DNA of 63,110 nt, filler included, from 13 parts of 13 records of this genome joined end to end with filler, not necessarily neighbours in it, one strand, 5' to 3'; positions 1 to 13,500 are shown, counted from the first letter of the whole stretch. The notes: generated by a model from the letters alone, not told the origin. A program made the numbers and translations.

Positions 1-413
1 CTTCGTGTGAGTCGGTCTTAAGAGAGATAGTATTTGGTTAAGTCTCTCTTGCGCCGCGTAACGGCGCCATTCCGCACACTAGCATGCCACAGCACCCTAG
101 CATCAGTACCCTCACAATGACTGAATCGAAACCAACCACCTGGTGATGTCAACAATTCAAGCGCCGGAATCGCACAAACGGTTGCCTGCAGCGTTTCCTC
201 TCAAAAAAAAATTGGAGTTGGCGGAGCGGCGGCGCCAGGTCGATTCGCACGCGTGCAAGCGCCGGGTCATAGGAATTTTCATTTTTACGCAGCCTGTACC
301 GAAAAGTCGTACCATTCTGCAGCAGCCGTTTTACGGAGGGTGCACCGTCAGCGTTCTGTGTATACTAGAAATACACTGAGAATCGAGCCGCTGGCGGAGC
401 GAAGGGCCTGCAG

Positions 414-1944
414 ATGGGGTCGCAGGCGGTGAGCGCCATATCCGATGTCCATTTGGGTGGCTTGTCTGTCTGGTCTGCCTGTCCGTCTGGCTTCCTATGG
501 GTTTGGCCGGTGTGCTTGGGTTGCGCTTTGTCGAGCCAGCGCTGATTTCGATCTGCCTGGCTATCGGTCTGCCGTTCTTTCTCTGCGTCTTTCCACCCGT
601 CCGCGTTGTGTGTCCTGTGTGGCTCTCTGTCGCGGTCGGTGAGCGCATCTACCTTATATCTGCCTTTGCATCTGTCTACTGGGGTGGCTTTCTTTCTCGT
701 TGTCCATCTTTGTGTCCACTCTGTGGTTTTGCGTGGCTCTCTGTCTTTTCTCATCCGCATCTTCCGTCGATTTGTCGTCCGTCATATATGCCCTGTGTAC
801 GAACGGTTGCGATGCTTTGTTTCCCCGCTGCTGGCAGTGCGACACTGACGCTGCTGTACTTTGGCTTTTTGTGCCACAGCCGCCGCACTGGCTGCATAGC
901 CTGCAGTCGTTCACAGAGCTGCAGAACAACTGGAAGTACGGGACGGGCTCGCTGATCGTGCACAAGGACGCGCACGTGCGGACGACGCCTGGAGGGACAC
1001 GCCGCGCCCTCGCGACCGGAGAGATACGGCTCCCGCCGCCCACCCCGGGGAAGGTCTACGACCCGACTTTCCCGCCTACGCCGCGCTCGCCGCGCACACC
1101 CGGCACCGCACGCTCCGGCCGGCTGTACACCTCGCAGTCCGCAAGGCTCAGCACATCGGAGCCAGTCACCCCTCCTCGTAGCTCCCAGCCATGGATGTCG
1201 CTGCCGGGGCTGACGGAACCGCGGACGGCGCGGATGTTCGCGAAAGTCCCGCGCGGGGTGAATGGCCAGCTGCCGCCACTTCCGACGCCCGCCAAGGATG
1301 GCGGTCAGAACAACGAGGAGGGCGAGGGGGCAGGTGGTAGCGCAGAAGGCAAGAGCGAGCATGAAGAACAGGCCGAGCAGAAGAATGAGGACGACGGCGC
1401 AGTGGTCGACAGCCCCCGAGATGACCAGCCAGACAGCCCGATGAAGACCTCTCACACATCGTTTACTGCGCAGACGCTCACCACCGGCACGCCCACTAGT
1501 GCGATCGCTCGCACACCGCGCTCTGTCAGCAAGCGGATGGACTATGAGAGGCGTTGCTGGCCGTTCAATAGCGACATGGATGCGATGGAACGCGAAGACC
1601 GGCGTGAGGCGCGCAAAAAGGCAGCAGCCCTTCGTCAAGCCGCAAACGGAGTCGTAAGCTGGGACCAGCCAGGAATGACCTCGCATGCACTGAGCTTCGG
1701 TCTCGGGCTTGCAGCACAGACTGGGCATGTGAGCCTCACAGCGGCTCCGCCAGCAACGCCGGCGCTGAGGCCACCGGGTAGCAGCGTTGGTCGACAAGGA
1801 GGCATCCTAATGGTTCCGACACCCTCGGGCGTGGAGAAGCGGGTGATCAAGGACTCCGTCGCGGCAGATCCTGCGCCACAGGAAGGCAGCGAAATGCTAG
1901 TTGTCCACCACCACTACATGGAACACGAGGAGAAGCAACCGTGA
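414..1944 (+). CDS. Hypothetical Pro/Ser/Thr-rich protein, probably 2 exons
   Basis: ATG at 414 (MGSQA), GTGAGC donor at 429, pyrimidine-rich intron ending CACAG at 879, then an in-frame exon 880-1944 (PPHWLHSLQSF...TPRS repeats...EEKQP*). No domain recognised. The true start may be further upstream. Confidence 0.55.
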
Positions 1945-2027
1945 CGCACTGTCAGCGGCGTCAGTAGTGTGGCCAATACAATTTTTTGACAACCGTGCCA
2001 TTCGTACAGACACGCTGTGCGCAGCCG

Positions 2028-3591
2028 CTACACACCGTCGCCGACGAGCGGGTTATCTGTGGCGCTGTTCACTAACGCCTGGATTCTAGCTTGCTCTTTC
2101 AACGAGTTTATCAACGCAGCTTCCTCTTCGGACGCTTGCTCGATCGCTGCAGTTTGTTCGGTCATCGGCTCGTCTCCCGAGTGGAAGTAGGCCAACAGCA
2201 GATCCTCCTTGTTGTTTTGGCCCAGCCAGACTTGGCCCATAATGGCGAGTATCTGCAGGGTCGCCACCTTAGTGCGGTGAACAACCCTAAAGGCGGAGGG
2301 TCCGCTGGTTGACACTTACCAATCCGTCGACAGTAACACTGCAGCCCACCACCACCAGTAAGATGTTCGAATCCACTTTAGTCTGTACCTCTTCGTAGGT
2401 CATGACACCAAAAAGTCTGTTCCATCTATCGTCCACAAATCGATTCTGATACATCTCTTCAAAATGCTCGGGGATAGCGCTCTGGTATATAAACCCGAGT
2501 ATCATCATCACAACAAACACGATTAAGAGGCAGACGAGACCCACCATGTACTGCGTCAGACACGCATAGGTTACCTGCTCTATCATGCCATCTATCGGTA
2601 GATTGCTGGCGATCTTGTAGGCGTACCAGACGTGCTAACGCCCCATTCTCGTATTTGACCGCGTACAGCCCCACCGACGATATTATGCCCAGGAGCACTG
2701 CAGCCAGTATCAGAAATCCCACGAAAGATTGCGCATCGTCCTCTGCGAATGTCTTGGACTCGTACACGTACGACGCCGACACACTCATGATTGATGACAA
2801 AACCTGCAGCAACAGACATGCGTATCCAGCTCTTGTTTGAAACACGGAACACACAGTTTGCAGCGCACCACCAGTGAGATATTTACGACCTGCAGGAACC
2901 GCTTCACGATTTTGCGAAAGCCAAGAAGCTGCGCTGATGTGTATGCACCGGCGAACATGGAACCAGCGACCGAGAGCAGCACTGTGTAGGTTGTCCGAGT
3001 GTACCTCAAACTCAGAGATGCAATTTCTTCGTCCCCCGCGATGCGTGTCTCGTAATCAGGCAGATGCTTGTACACAGAGTCCAGCGTATCACCAAGAGAG
3101 CGCTCAAACGATTCACTGTGGAAGAGAACCAAGATTACCAGAGCCCATGCACAGTACAGACTGCCGACCAGCATCACGCCAAAATACTGCAAGTGGAAGA
3201 ACCGAAAGAATCCAGTAAGTCGCTTGGCGCTAGTGCAAGAGTATCCTGGAGACAGTCAGGAGTAGGTGCAGAGCAATACATGTAGAGAACAGCGTACCGT
3301 GAATAGCAACGTTCTGATCCCCCCGCTCACTTGCCCATTCACGATCTCAGGAGAACCGTACCAGCCCGTTATCCCTAAGATTTGACACGCCACACCTCCT
3401 ATCGCAACGTTGCCAGCGATGCCGCCAGCCTCGTACTGAACCGCGAACCAGCCTGCCGCCAACTCAAGAGAAAAGCCGAGCACCATCAACCCTGTGTTGT
3501 TTAGGTCTAGCCAGCGGAGGTACACAATGAGTTTCTTTGCAGCGATCAGCTCCAACGCATCCTCCTTCAGCTTATCCGCTCCGTCCTTCAT
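2028..3591 (-). CDS. Multi-exon membrane protein with two tetraspanin-like 4-TM units
   Basis: Five ORF-track fragments join at GT-AG introns (e.g. TTCACG|GTACGC...TTGCAG|TATTTT). Two similar units are visible (ILGITGWYG...TLLFTYFGVMLV; IISSVGLYAVKYENGALARLYMVGLVCLLIV). No CCG motif. The first exon is uncertain and may start near 3763. Confidence 0.6.
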
Positions 3592-4348
3592 CCCTGCGGT
3601 AGGGCAGCCAGCTCTAGGCGGCCTTCTTGACAGGTGTGCGTCCGTGTGTCGGAAACTTCTTTGTCGGCTTGCTGCTGTTGAACAGCCACGTGAGCAGAGC
3701 TAGAACAGCCACGGGAACGATGCACACGGTCAACGGCAGCAGCACCTCGGCACCCATGTCCATGGTCGCCAGCCAGAGTGCGCCTCGTGTCCGACGAGAT
3801 ATGCAGGCAGGTCAGCGTCGTCAGTGGCAAGCGACTCAGCCAGTCGCCGCGCTCATCTCGGCACCGACCGTACGTTCTGCAGCTGTTTCGCCATGCGACT
3901 CCACGGCGTAGTTGCTCCCTTGTCAGCGCAGCCGTCCGGCTCGGGTCGGCAGTCTCCTTTGCTACTCTTGCGTGCGCGCTCACCTTCGCAATGAGCCAGA
4001 GCTGCAGTTGCCACCGGCCCTGCCTGTTGGTACCGACTGAGGTACGGTACCCACTCGTGCACTCAAGCAGTTCAAAGTCGACAAAGGTACTATACAGCCA
4101 TACCATATTAATGCAGTACTTGCATAGTAGTTAGTACCAATTTCAATTGTTAAAGTGTGTCTGAATATCCTATGACTGTACAATTGTAGGAAGCTTCCTG
4201 AACAAGATTCTACTATAATAGTACACACCGGCATTCGAATAGCAGGTACATATACTAGTACGTAGTAGTGCCGTACCGGTACTAAAAATTCCGCATGTGA
4301 ACAGTACCAGTACTATGATAGCTAGTTCTACAATTACAGTACACGTAC

Positions 4349-4448
4349 NNNNNNNNNNNNNNNNNNNNNNNNNNNNNNNNNNNNNNNNNNNNTTAATTAA
4401 TTAANNNNNNNNNNNNNNNNNNNNNNNNNNNNNNNNNNNNNNNNNNNN
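4349..4448. other. Artificial contig-joining spacer (first of 12)
   Basis: N44-TTAATTAATTAA-N44, with stops in all six frames. Identical spacers at 9947-10046, 14584-14683, 19642-19741, 23267-23366, 28087-28186, 33123-33222, 36668-36767, 42444-42543, 46898-46997, 51843-51942 and 58686-58785. Confidence 0.99.
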
Positions 4449-4515
4449 GGGTGCAGTCACCCGAAGGGTATCCATATTTGACCTTGAACGGCTTGATCCT
4501 CGCACTGATACCACA

Positions 4516-7500
4516 GTGATAGACACGGACCGCCTGTGCTTGGAGGTCCACGTATACCAAGCAGAAGCTGAACAGATGAAGACAGTGGTCTACAAAACAA
4601 TCCTGCGCCTGATCATAGAGCTGATGGATCCAGAAACAGGGTTGCAGGCTCGGCCTCGGGGCCAAGTTGACGATGACTTTGAGCGTTGGAACGCAAGCTG
4701 GCAGAAGCGAGAGCGGGAAGATAGCGTGTGGCGGCTCGGTAAAGCTGCCCTCATGCACTTTTTGCAGCTTCGAAAGGGGCGCCTATTGAGAGTGCCAACA
4801 GGTGCAGCACACGCAACGTGTAAGACTTTCCGATTGTCGCACTGGCAAATTGTAGCTGCGTGGCAAGCGTTGTTCGTTGACGATTTGCGCGACAAAGCTG
4901 TGACATACGAGTCCATTTTCGCATGTTTTGATGCAGCTGCTGTAGAAATTTTGGACACTGGACAGGGCTACCATATGCTAAACGAAGACTACAACAGATC
5001 GCTTCACTTAACTACGAGGGCGAAAAGCAAACGAATGCAACTGAAGAAGGGGGACAACTTCAAAGGCAATCATGTCTCAGGAAAGACTAGCTATGAGATC
5101 TTCAGGGAGATCAACGCAGATTGGGAGATGCAGCAAGCGAAGCGAGCAGCCATCGAGGAAAGCGCTGACGCCATGAAAGAGCATGAAAAACGCAAACTAC
5201 GGAAGTTAAAGCCATACAAGCCGCATGGATTTCGGGTTTTCGCTGTTTTGTGTGATGCCTTCGGCAGGATCAAGGCTTTCCAGTCGATTCAGGAAGACTC
5301 GTACGCTTAGCCACCACGCCCACTTGCTCTCGGTTTTTTCGTTTGTTGCCACCTAAGCATGATAGTGTTGACACCTAAGCGTGATCGTCTTAGGTCGACC
5401 TTTCCTGAAGAGATGGTACAAGACGTCACGCCTCCACCGCCAGTCCAGTACAGACTGAAGGGCTTGTACTACTTTTCCAAGCACATCTTGACCCCACTGC
5501 ACAGGCATGTGGACCTGGATACTGAGCAGATATTGCTTCAGAAGCGATTGGATGATTTCCGACTTCGCTGCTGGCGAGAAGCTCAGGTTGTCGCGTACAA
5601 TCGTTGTACTGAAATGGCTTACTTTATGTTCACACCGCTAGCGACTCTAGCCGGTCGTATTCTTGCTGGTGACCATCACTGGTTCCCAATGCAGATCGAC
5701 CAGGCTGATGGTACTACGCAGTCGAGGTTGATCAATGTCGCGGGCCTCGCGCTGGTAGTTGCAGCTGTTCTGCTCCTGTTTAGCATTGTGCCAGCCCAGA
5801 TCAAGCATGATGTGCCTCACCAAGTCTGGGGGTATCTTGCAGCTGTGCTCTTTAGCATACTCATCGGCGTGGCAATGTCCGATGATCATGAACCGCTTCA
5901 TGAATCTTTCGATCTCTATACGAACGCAGGTCTGCGGTATGTCCCATTACTTTACGCCCTTGGAACGCCGCTCGTGATCGCTGCGCAGCTGTTCCATTTT
6001 AGACAAGAGCTGACATACAATGAAGATGAGATAGATTACTTCGAGTGGCAGACTGCGGTGCGAGCCCTACGTAAGAAGGGCCATCTTGATATGAACAAGC
6101 CAACGGAAGCTGTCCTGGACAAGTTCCTGAAGCGAGGATTTCGCAACCTTCTCAACACTCGCATCGCACGACATGAGGCGCTCAAACTGCCAACAACTAT
6201 CACGCAGCAGCAGGTTGATGCTGTCTGCGCTTCGCGGGAGTCTTGGGCCTCGTGGTTTGATACCATAAACGATGTCGAGCCGGTTGCGTCTCTCGATCTA
6301 AGTTGGCTCTGGTGGCGTCTTGCTATCCCAGTTGTTTTTACTGCGCTGTGGAGCGTGGTGTCTCGAGCACTGTGGCAGATTGGAATTGTAGCATTGGATG
6401 GTGCCGTTCTAGAAACGTGGTCCACCGAGTGGTGGGTGCGTAATGGTGTGGATTGGGCGCCAATTACTCTGCTCGCAGTCAGTGCTGTCATAATCTGGAT
6501 TGCCACCGAGCTCAGAAGCGGAGCTCAATTGCCCGATGCTGAGACTCACTCGTTTCTATCATACAATCGCTTTGTTCAGGCGCAGTTCTCAGGCATTGTT
6601 GGACCCTACAAAATTGAAAAATTCTGGTACGAAGCACTTGAATATTTCCGGAAGGCAACGATGACTGTCGGGCTGTGTATGCTCAAGCCTGGGTCCACAG
6701 AGCAGCTGTTTGCAGCGACCGTGGCTAGTTGCTTGTTCTTGTGCTGTGCTGTGTGGATCGAGCCACACGAAAACAACTCGTTGAACAGGACGAAGATCGC
6801 ATGTGAAATGGTTACTTTGCTTGTGTTTCTGGCTGCCATTGCCGCTCGTGTCAATCTCAGTGCGTCTATTGCTCAAAGTGGCGATGAATGTGTGGTTGCG
6901 CTGGGCCGCGGGGAGTTTTCACTGCAGGACTGGGCGGCATATCTCGAGTGGGCGCTCTCTCGCGGCATGCTGTGGATGCTGTTTGCCTTTGTGGTCATCC
7001 TAGAATCGAAGCAACTAACGCATGCATCGATGCAGGTACTTGTGCACGCCGCGCACCTGCTGAGAGTCTTGGGTTTTGCAAGCTTCGAGTCCGTGGAGCA
7101 GACGCTGGAGGAGGGAGATCCGGAAGATCAGGACGGCTGTGATGAGAGTGAAGATGATGAGGCCGCAGGCGCCATAGCTGATTCAAAGGATAGCCTCAGC
7201 AACTCACAGGACTCTTTAGAGCAATCAGGTCACATGTTGTCGACTGAAGAAATGGCCGTCAAGATTCAGAAGTGGTGGCGTGGCGCGCGCGCACGGCGGA
7301 CCCTGCAAGAACTGACCCGGCAACAGCCAGTTAGGGGTGTGAACAGGTTTGAGTTGGCCAAGGCCATCCTCAGTGGCTGGGGCGCCAGTGTACTCCTCAC
7401 TGCCTCGCTCTGGTTGACCGCCTTTCTGAGTCAGCCAGAAGACGAGTTAAGCTGCCAATGTGCTCAATACAGCGACCAGCCGCTGACAGCATGGCCAACC

Positions 7501-7821
7501 GCTACGTTTGCTTACTTTCTGGTCGTGCTATGGTTCCTCGGGGGCTTGGTGGGCGCGTCAGTCTCTTACTATCAGCAAGGGACGTGGCTTCCACACGTCC
7601 AGCGCCGAACGCAATACCAAGTACAGAGGGACCAGAAAGCCAAAAGACAAAGGCGAGCTGATGAAAAGGCAAAGGCGCTTCGAAACCAAGCGGCGCAGAG
7701 TGCCACGAAGGATTTTGATGTCATGGACCTGGAGCGAGACGCTCAGAACATGAATCCATTGGCAGAACTCCAGCTAGAGCCTGAACCGCAACCGGAAGAG
7801 GAAGATATAACCGCAACCTGA
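4516..7821 (+). CDS. 5'-partial multipass membrane protein with TRP_C-like module and IQ motif
   Basis: ORFs 4516-5310 and 5359-7821 join at intron 5301-5393 (GTACGC...TTAG). Module GPYKIEKFWYEALEYFRK...KPGSTEQLFAA...PHENNSLN; IQ motif AVKIQKWWRGARARR; many hydrophobic helices. Confidence 0.75.
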
Positions 7822-8809
7822 GTGAGCAAAGAGTCCTCTACGTCCACTCTGGGTGCTGCTAGATGGGTGTTGAAAATGAATTCGAAGGTCAGTGCCCTGA
7901 GGTGTCCAGATTACAATTGGATAGGCGGAGAAACCTGACCCCATGAGGCGGCACAACCGCAGACCAAGTTCCGTGGATCGTGCCCAGGCTTTTGCCACGT
8001 TGGGCGGTATCGAAAATGTCAAACGCCTTGCACGAGAGCGTAACACGCTGCTGGCGCAGCGACCAGCAGCGCTGCTGCTGGGCCGCTCGTGAGCGCAGAA
8101 GGGCCCTCCACGAGGGCGCCGACCGCCGACGGGCCCTGGCGGTATGTCCGGCGTGCGCCAGATTGGAGTATCACTGGACTTCACAGAGACGGTAGTGGTG
8201 GCGCTCAGCGATGAATATGGACCAGCAATGGTCACATCGATGCTCGCTCATCCTCTACATCCATTATGTTAATAGATTGCCTCCAATCATTACGAGTCGC
8301 TTCCTTGTGCGCGTTGCTTCCTCGTCCTCTGTTAACTGTTGTTGTTGTTGTTGTGACGGCTTAGCTTGGCTAGCCGTGTAGGCCAGGGGCGGCTCGGGCT
8401 TGTGGGCTGCCTAGATAGGCGCTTTCATTCTCCTGACCCTCACTTCCTTATTTCATACCTCGTGTGAGTAAAGAAGCTCTGTCTTAGTATGCGTGAATCC
8501 ACACAGACATGAGACAAGTAGCCGCGAGCTCGAGATTCGGCCGGAGAGTGCTCGACTTCTCGTCTTCGAGCGTTGAGTCGATTTTGGGATATCGACCGGT
8601 GAGCGACTTGGACTGCGCTGTGGCAGGGCGCCTGGCGTAGGCACTATTCTAGTAGGTACCTGCAGGGATTCGCCAGGCAGGGAGGGCCGCTGCTGGCCAG
8701 CTGAGGGAAGGGCTCAGTGGACCACCTGCCCGTCCGTCGCTAGCAAGCCGTTTGGACTGCTCACTCGGAGCGCAGCAGCACTCGAGTGGGCGGCCTGCAG
8801 GATTGTAGG

Positions 8810-9946
8810 ATGACCACGCCGTCGATGGTCGTGTTCTTGCACCGCAATGACGGCGTGCCGGCGGTAGCCGGCGCAGGGGTGCGGATGCAGGTGCTGCTGC
8901 GGCCGGGAGCGCACACACTCGAGCATGTGCTGGACGACGCGACTGTCAGGCTCGGGCTTCACACAGCGGCAACTGGCCTCTGCCGTCCAGACGGGTCGAC
9001 GATCGCTGGACTGGATGATCTGACGCCCAAGTGTGATTTAGTGGTCCTCGAGGGGCGCAAAGGCTTCATTGCGCCCGGCGGTGAGCCGAAGAGAAAGAGA
9101 ACGAAATCACCAGGGCGCAGCACGTCGCCCAGCCGCACCAAGTCACCCAGCCGCACCAGCAGTGAACGTCCTCCTTCGTTGCCGCGCCAGCGTCACCGGA
9201 CTCCACCACGTTCGGCTGGTCGTGCATCGATCCCTGCACAGCTCTCTGGTGGCTCGCAGTCTACCGGGGCTGAGTCGCTTCTTAGCGTCGTCGACAAACC
9301 GGTCCGGGCGGACGCAAGGGCGCAGGGCGAGCTCGACTCTGAGACAGCTGCTGTGCGTGGTGCTGGAGGTGCTTCAAGTCAAGAGAGTGCTCAGATGGAA
9401 ACTGGCCGTGCGGCAGCCCAACCGGACACGCGCCGTGCCGATACCACGGAGCATCGCGCATCGCAAGAGACTCCTGCGAGGAGTCGGGTGATGAGAGTCA
9501 CGCCCCGCAACCCTGCGCGTGAGGTCGCTCTGCAGCGACGAGGCCAGCGATCGTCAAGAAAAACTAAGTTGGGTGCTCAACTTCTTGAGAACCGGCGAAA
9601 GCATGCAGCTTCAAAGCAAGCTAAATTGAAACGCGAGTTGGCAGCAACACGCGAAGAACTGATCACTGGTTGTGACAATGGGAGCGAAAGTTCTGACGTG
9701 TCAGCGCTGGAGACGCGGTCTTGGGGGAATCTCGCGGAGACATGGACACCGCCACCACTCGAGCGGGTCAGCTCGATAGACAATAGCGTAGCGATAGAAT
9801 TTGGTCTTACTGATGCAAGTTCTGTTGAAGAAGCATCGGCACCCTCGGAAGCTGCCCAGACCAAGCTAGAGCCCATCCCGCAGCCCAATGCCATGCAAGA
9901 GCCAGAGCCAGACCTAGAACCAGAGCCGGAGCCGGAGCCGGAGCCG
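8810..9946 (+). CDS. Doublecortin (DCX) domain protein, 3'-partial
   Basis: N-terminal VFLHRNDG...TLEHVLDDATVRLGLHTAATGLCRPDGSTIAGLDDL...LVVLEGRKGF fits the DCX pattern. It is followed by an SP/R-rich disordered region and runs into the contig end inside an EPEPEP tract. Confidence 0.7.
9898..9946 (+). repeat. Coding hexamer repeat (GAGCCR)n encoding EPEPEP
   Basis: gagccagagccagacctagaaccagagccggagccggagccggagccg at the contig end. Confidence 0.9.
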
Positions 9947-10520
9947 NNNNNNNNNNNNNNNNNNNNNNNNNNNNNNNNNNNNNNNNNNNNTTAATTAATT
10001 AANNNNNNNNNNNNNNNNNNNNNNNNNNNNNNNNNNNNNNNNNNNNCCACCGCTAAGGAACTACCGACCGAGCTCATCGTTTGAAGGGCCAAGGGGCCTT
10101 TCAACTCCAACAGCCGCCGGTCATGCTCCGTCTAGTCGTGCCAGCCCGCCCCACCTCGCTCCCTGACTGCGACACGAGAGAGAATAGGGGGCAGCTACGA
10201 CATGATGGTGGAAGAGCTGGTACCTACCGTCGAGGAGTGTAGCGTGGGCCATGCGCACACCATTTCCAGAGTGTGTGTGGCGGTGACGGCCACAGTCAGC
10301 GAGCACATGGCGAAAACATTCTGCAAAACCAAAGTGATTGTGTACAAAATCCTCTCGCCTTCATTTCACAAATACACAGTGACGATATGTTGGATTCCCC
10401 TCGCGCAATTATCGAATTCTGGGGTACTTCCTCTCTCTTCTCTCTCTCCCGCTTGCTCCCTCTCCTCGCCCCCAAGAACCACGCACATTTGTTCGCTCTG
10501 CCCGCTTCACGAGAGCTAAA

Positions 10521-13500
10521 TTAGTCTTCCTCGTCGCTACTTAGTTCCTGCAGCGGGTTGTTGAGCTCCGATCCCATTGGGTTCTTAACCTTCGAGCGTT
10601 CGTCAAGGCCCTTCATGTCGTCGAGAATACCCCCGATGAGTTGTTTGGCCGCTCTGGTGGTGAAGACCATAATCAGAAAAGACATAAATAGAACAGCCAC
10701 GACCGTCGCATTGCTTAGGGCCTCCAGCTGTTTGGAGACTAACGATGGTTTCATGAGCATGACGCTCAGAAGCACCAAGAAAATTGTGATCTCAGAGAGC
10801 GCCTTGACCATATCGTGCGCCGGGTGGGCGAACGGTGTGCACCGCATGGACAGCGCAAAGAAGCTGAACGAAACGACGATCGCAATCGCAATCTGGATGG
10901 ACCCACCAGGGGCGACGAACATAATCTGCAATGCACCAACAAGTTGATGAGACCACAGGAAGAGCAGCTAGCCAAAGGATCAGTACCGTCACAGAGGCTC
11001 GGAATACTCACGAAACCGGCAAGGATGAGCTTGCGAGCCAGTTCAATGCACTCCCAGTAGTAAAACTGGGGTTCGTAGTCGCCGACGAGTACATTGAATT
11101 CGCGGAGAGTGTCAACATCGCCGGCCAGGATTTTTTCCTCGTGGCGTCGCATCAGCAGAAATGCGCCAACAGGAATCCCGATGGGGACGAGCAGAATTGC
11201 GATGAACGCGCTGACGCGAAAGAGTTCATACTTGCTCGATGTGCAATCGACGTTGTAGTCTGCCTCTAGAACGCTCACGCCCGGGCCCAAGTCACGGCAG
11301 CGCAGCGCAGCAAATGCTGTCTGGCAAACGCCGGGGTAGAGCATGAAGATGACCACACCTACGATAGCGAAGACACCTTGCATGTGACGCCTCCTGTCAA
11401 AAACGATGATCATGTCTGAAAACTTGCCTGATCCTGTGTTCAAGACAGCGAGGAACTGCTCGAAGTCAAGTGCGCCCGAATGATTCTTGTCCCCTTCGGA
11501 GATTATCGTCTCAATCTCAGTCACGGACATGTCCACACCGATATCTTCGCAACATGCGGCTATGTCTGCAGCTGTCACTTCGTTATTCTCGGGTCCGCCT
11601 CGCTTGGACAGGCTTTCGTACTCATCTCTTAGATTCTTCCTTTGCTTGTGCGTCAATGCAGCCAAGTCGGGCAGCTGGTACTGACTCGCTTTCCAAGAAG
11701 AATATCCAAAGAACAGCGCAATGACAATGACGGGGATGAAGATGCTAGAGTAGAACTTGGCGTAGAAGCTGTTGCCAAACAGACAGTTCGTCCTGAGGAT
11801 CACGAAGACGTCCAGCGCGAAAATTCGAAGAAAGTTTACTAGTGCCATCATAGCCGGCGGGAACGTGACGTTCATCGTCAGCGGGATCGACCCTACAATC
11901 TGGGATGTTGTGATCAGAACTTTGCCTATTGGGGCCAACAGGCGCTCTACCTCGAAAAACAGGTCCGCATAAGCAGCCCCGCCCTCGGTGAACCAGGCTT
12001 CGAAGAGCGAATAGACTATTGCAAAGAAGATCAGTGCTATCGCAAGGATAGGAATCACTAGCATACTCTTAGTAGAGCACTCTTCGCATCCAGACGTGGT
12101 GAAGGTATAGCCATCCGCACAGACAGCGCACAGGTGGCCATCGTAACCAGGTGCACATTCCGATCGGATAGTACCATTCTCGACGACGTCTCCAAGGCAT
12201 GCACCTTCGATTGGGCATCGCAGCGCCACCATGTCTGTACTGATTCGTAACCTATCGAGCATAGAACTCTCTAGGCTACTGGTGGAATCATCTAGATCGA
12301 TGGTCTTCCATCCTGGTTTGAGCACTAACATACCTCTGTTAGTATCGCAGTCTATGCAGTCCGGACATGTGGAGCACTGCAATCCTTTCTCAACTTTGTC
12401 TGCACGGTAGTGTTCATACCCATCCATATCATCCAGCGGATTCGCCACAAAGCTTCGCTCGAAACAAAACGCCCCACTGACATCGGCTGTGCTAATGTCG
12501 AACATGCCTTTCTCGCACACACAGGGCATGTCAACCGATGTGAGCGGATCTGCGTTCACGGTAGTGAGGAACGGGCAGTCGATGCAATCTCCTGCTCTGA
12601 AGTACTGGTTCGCATCACACTGGATTGGCGAGACGATAACTACGATCCAGTCAACTCCGCGGCCGTCGTTGAAGTCACTGGTCATGACATCATATTGGGT
12701 GTAGATAGTCTTGTTCACCGCCCAGTCAACGTCGTCAAGTACTGCGCCTACGCCTTTGATCAAGTCGTCGCCAGTGGTATTTGTGTCCAGCCGTGTGACC
12801 CCATCTTCAGGATCTACAACTGGATACTCATTTGACGATGCAACAAGCATTTTTGTCGCTCGCTCGACCAAGAAGACTACCAAGTCTGTGTCGGCAAAAG
12901 TATCTTGCAAATATTTGCTCACGTGCGAAAGTTGTGCGTCAACAGCGAGTACCCCCATAACATCTCCAGTTTTGTTGCCAGGTGCTGTGATTACTGCCGT
13001 ACTGGTAATGCCTTGGTTGACATTGCCTTCGGCATCTGGCGTGAATAGGTAGATTTCACTCCACAAGAACCTCTTCGTACGTCCAGACGCTTCGTAGTTG
13101 GCTACGGCTTGTTGGTACCAAGGGCGAATGCGTCCGTCGTACGGGAGCCATATGAACACGTCCCCCAGAAGTCCATTGCTGTCATACTCGTAGAAACTTG
13201 CGAGATTGGCATCCAAACACTCTTCTGAAGGCTCACCCTCGCCTGCGTCCAGGTCCTCAAGGGCCGCGCTGTCTTGTTCCACCTCGAGTTGCGCTAAGTA
13301 ATGCTCAGTGCAGTTGGGCTGCGCGTGCATACCTGGGACAATGTTTAGACCGGCCGCGTTCATCTCGGTTAGGTTGGTGTGCGGAAGGATATCCCATTCT
13401 GTCACTGGAGAAAGCCCCGCTCTGCGGTACATCGCATAACCATCTATTGCGGCAAAAATTGGACGTTGTTAGCGCGTGAACGGAGCGCTGAACCAACGCT

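Noticed and set aside
429-879. Hydrophobic 152-aa ORF (497-955) resembling a membrane protein
   Set aside because: Arises from CTGT/CT-rich low-complexity sequence inside a probable intron.
751-1797. Long antisense or overlapping ORFs (e.g. 751-1797, 52713-53627, 53264-53998, 61892-62623)
   Set aside because: Shadow ORFs expected opposite GC-rich coding sequence; Arg/Ala/Ser-rich with no motifs.
4393-4404. TTAATTAATTAA repeated 12 times as a regulatory motif or CRISPR-like repeat
   Set aside because: Always centred in N runs of identical length; a synthetic six-frame-stop linker.
7860-8650. Possible small spliced minus-strand gene between the receptor and DCX genes
   Set aside because: One plausible exon (AAHKPEPP...QQQQQLTEDEE), but no coherent start, stop or homology.
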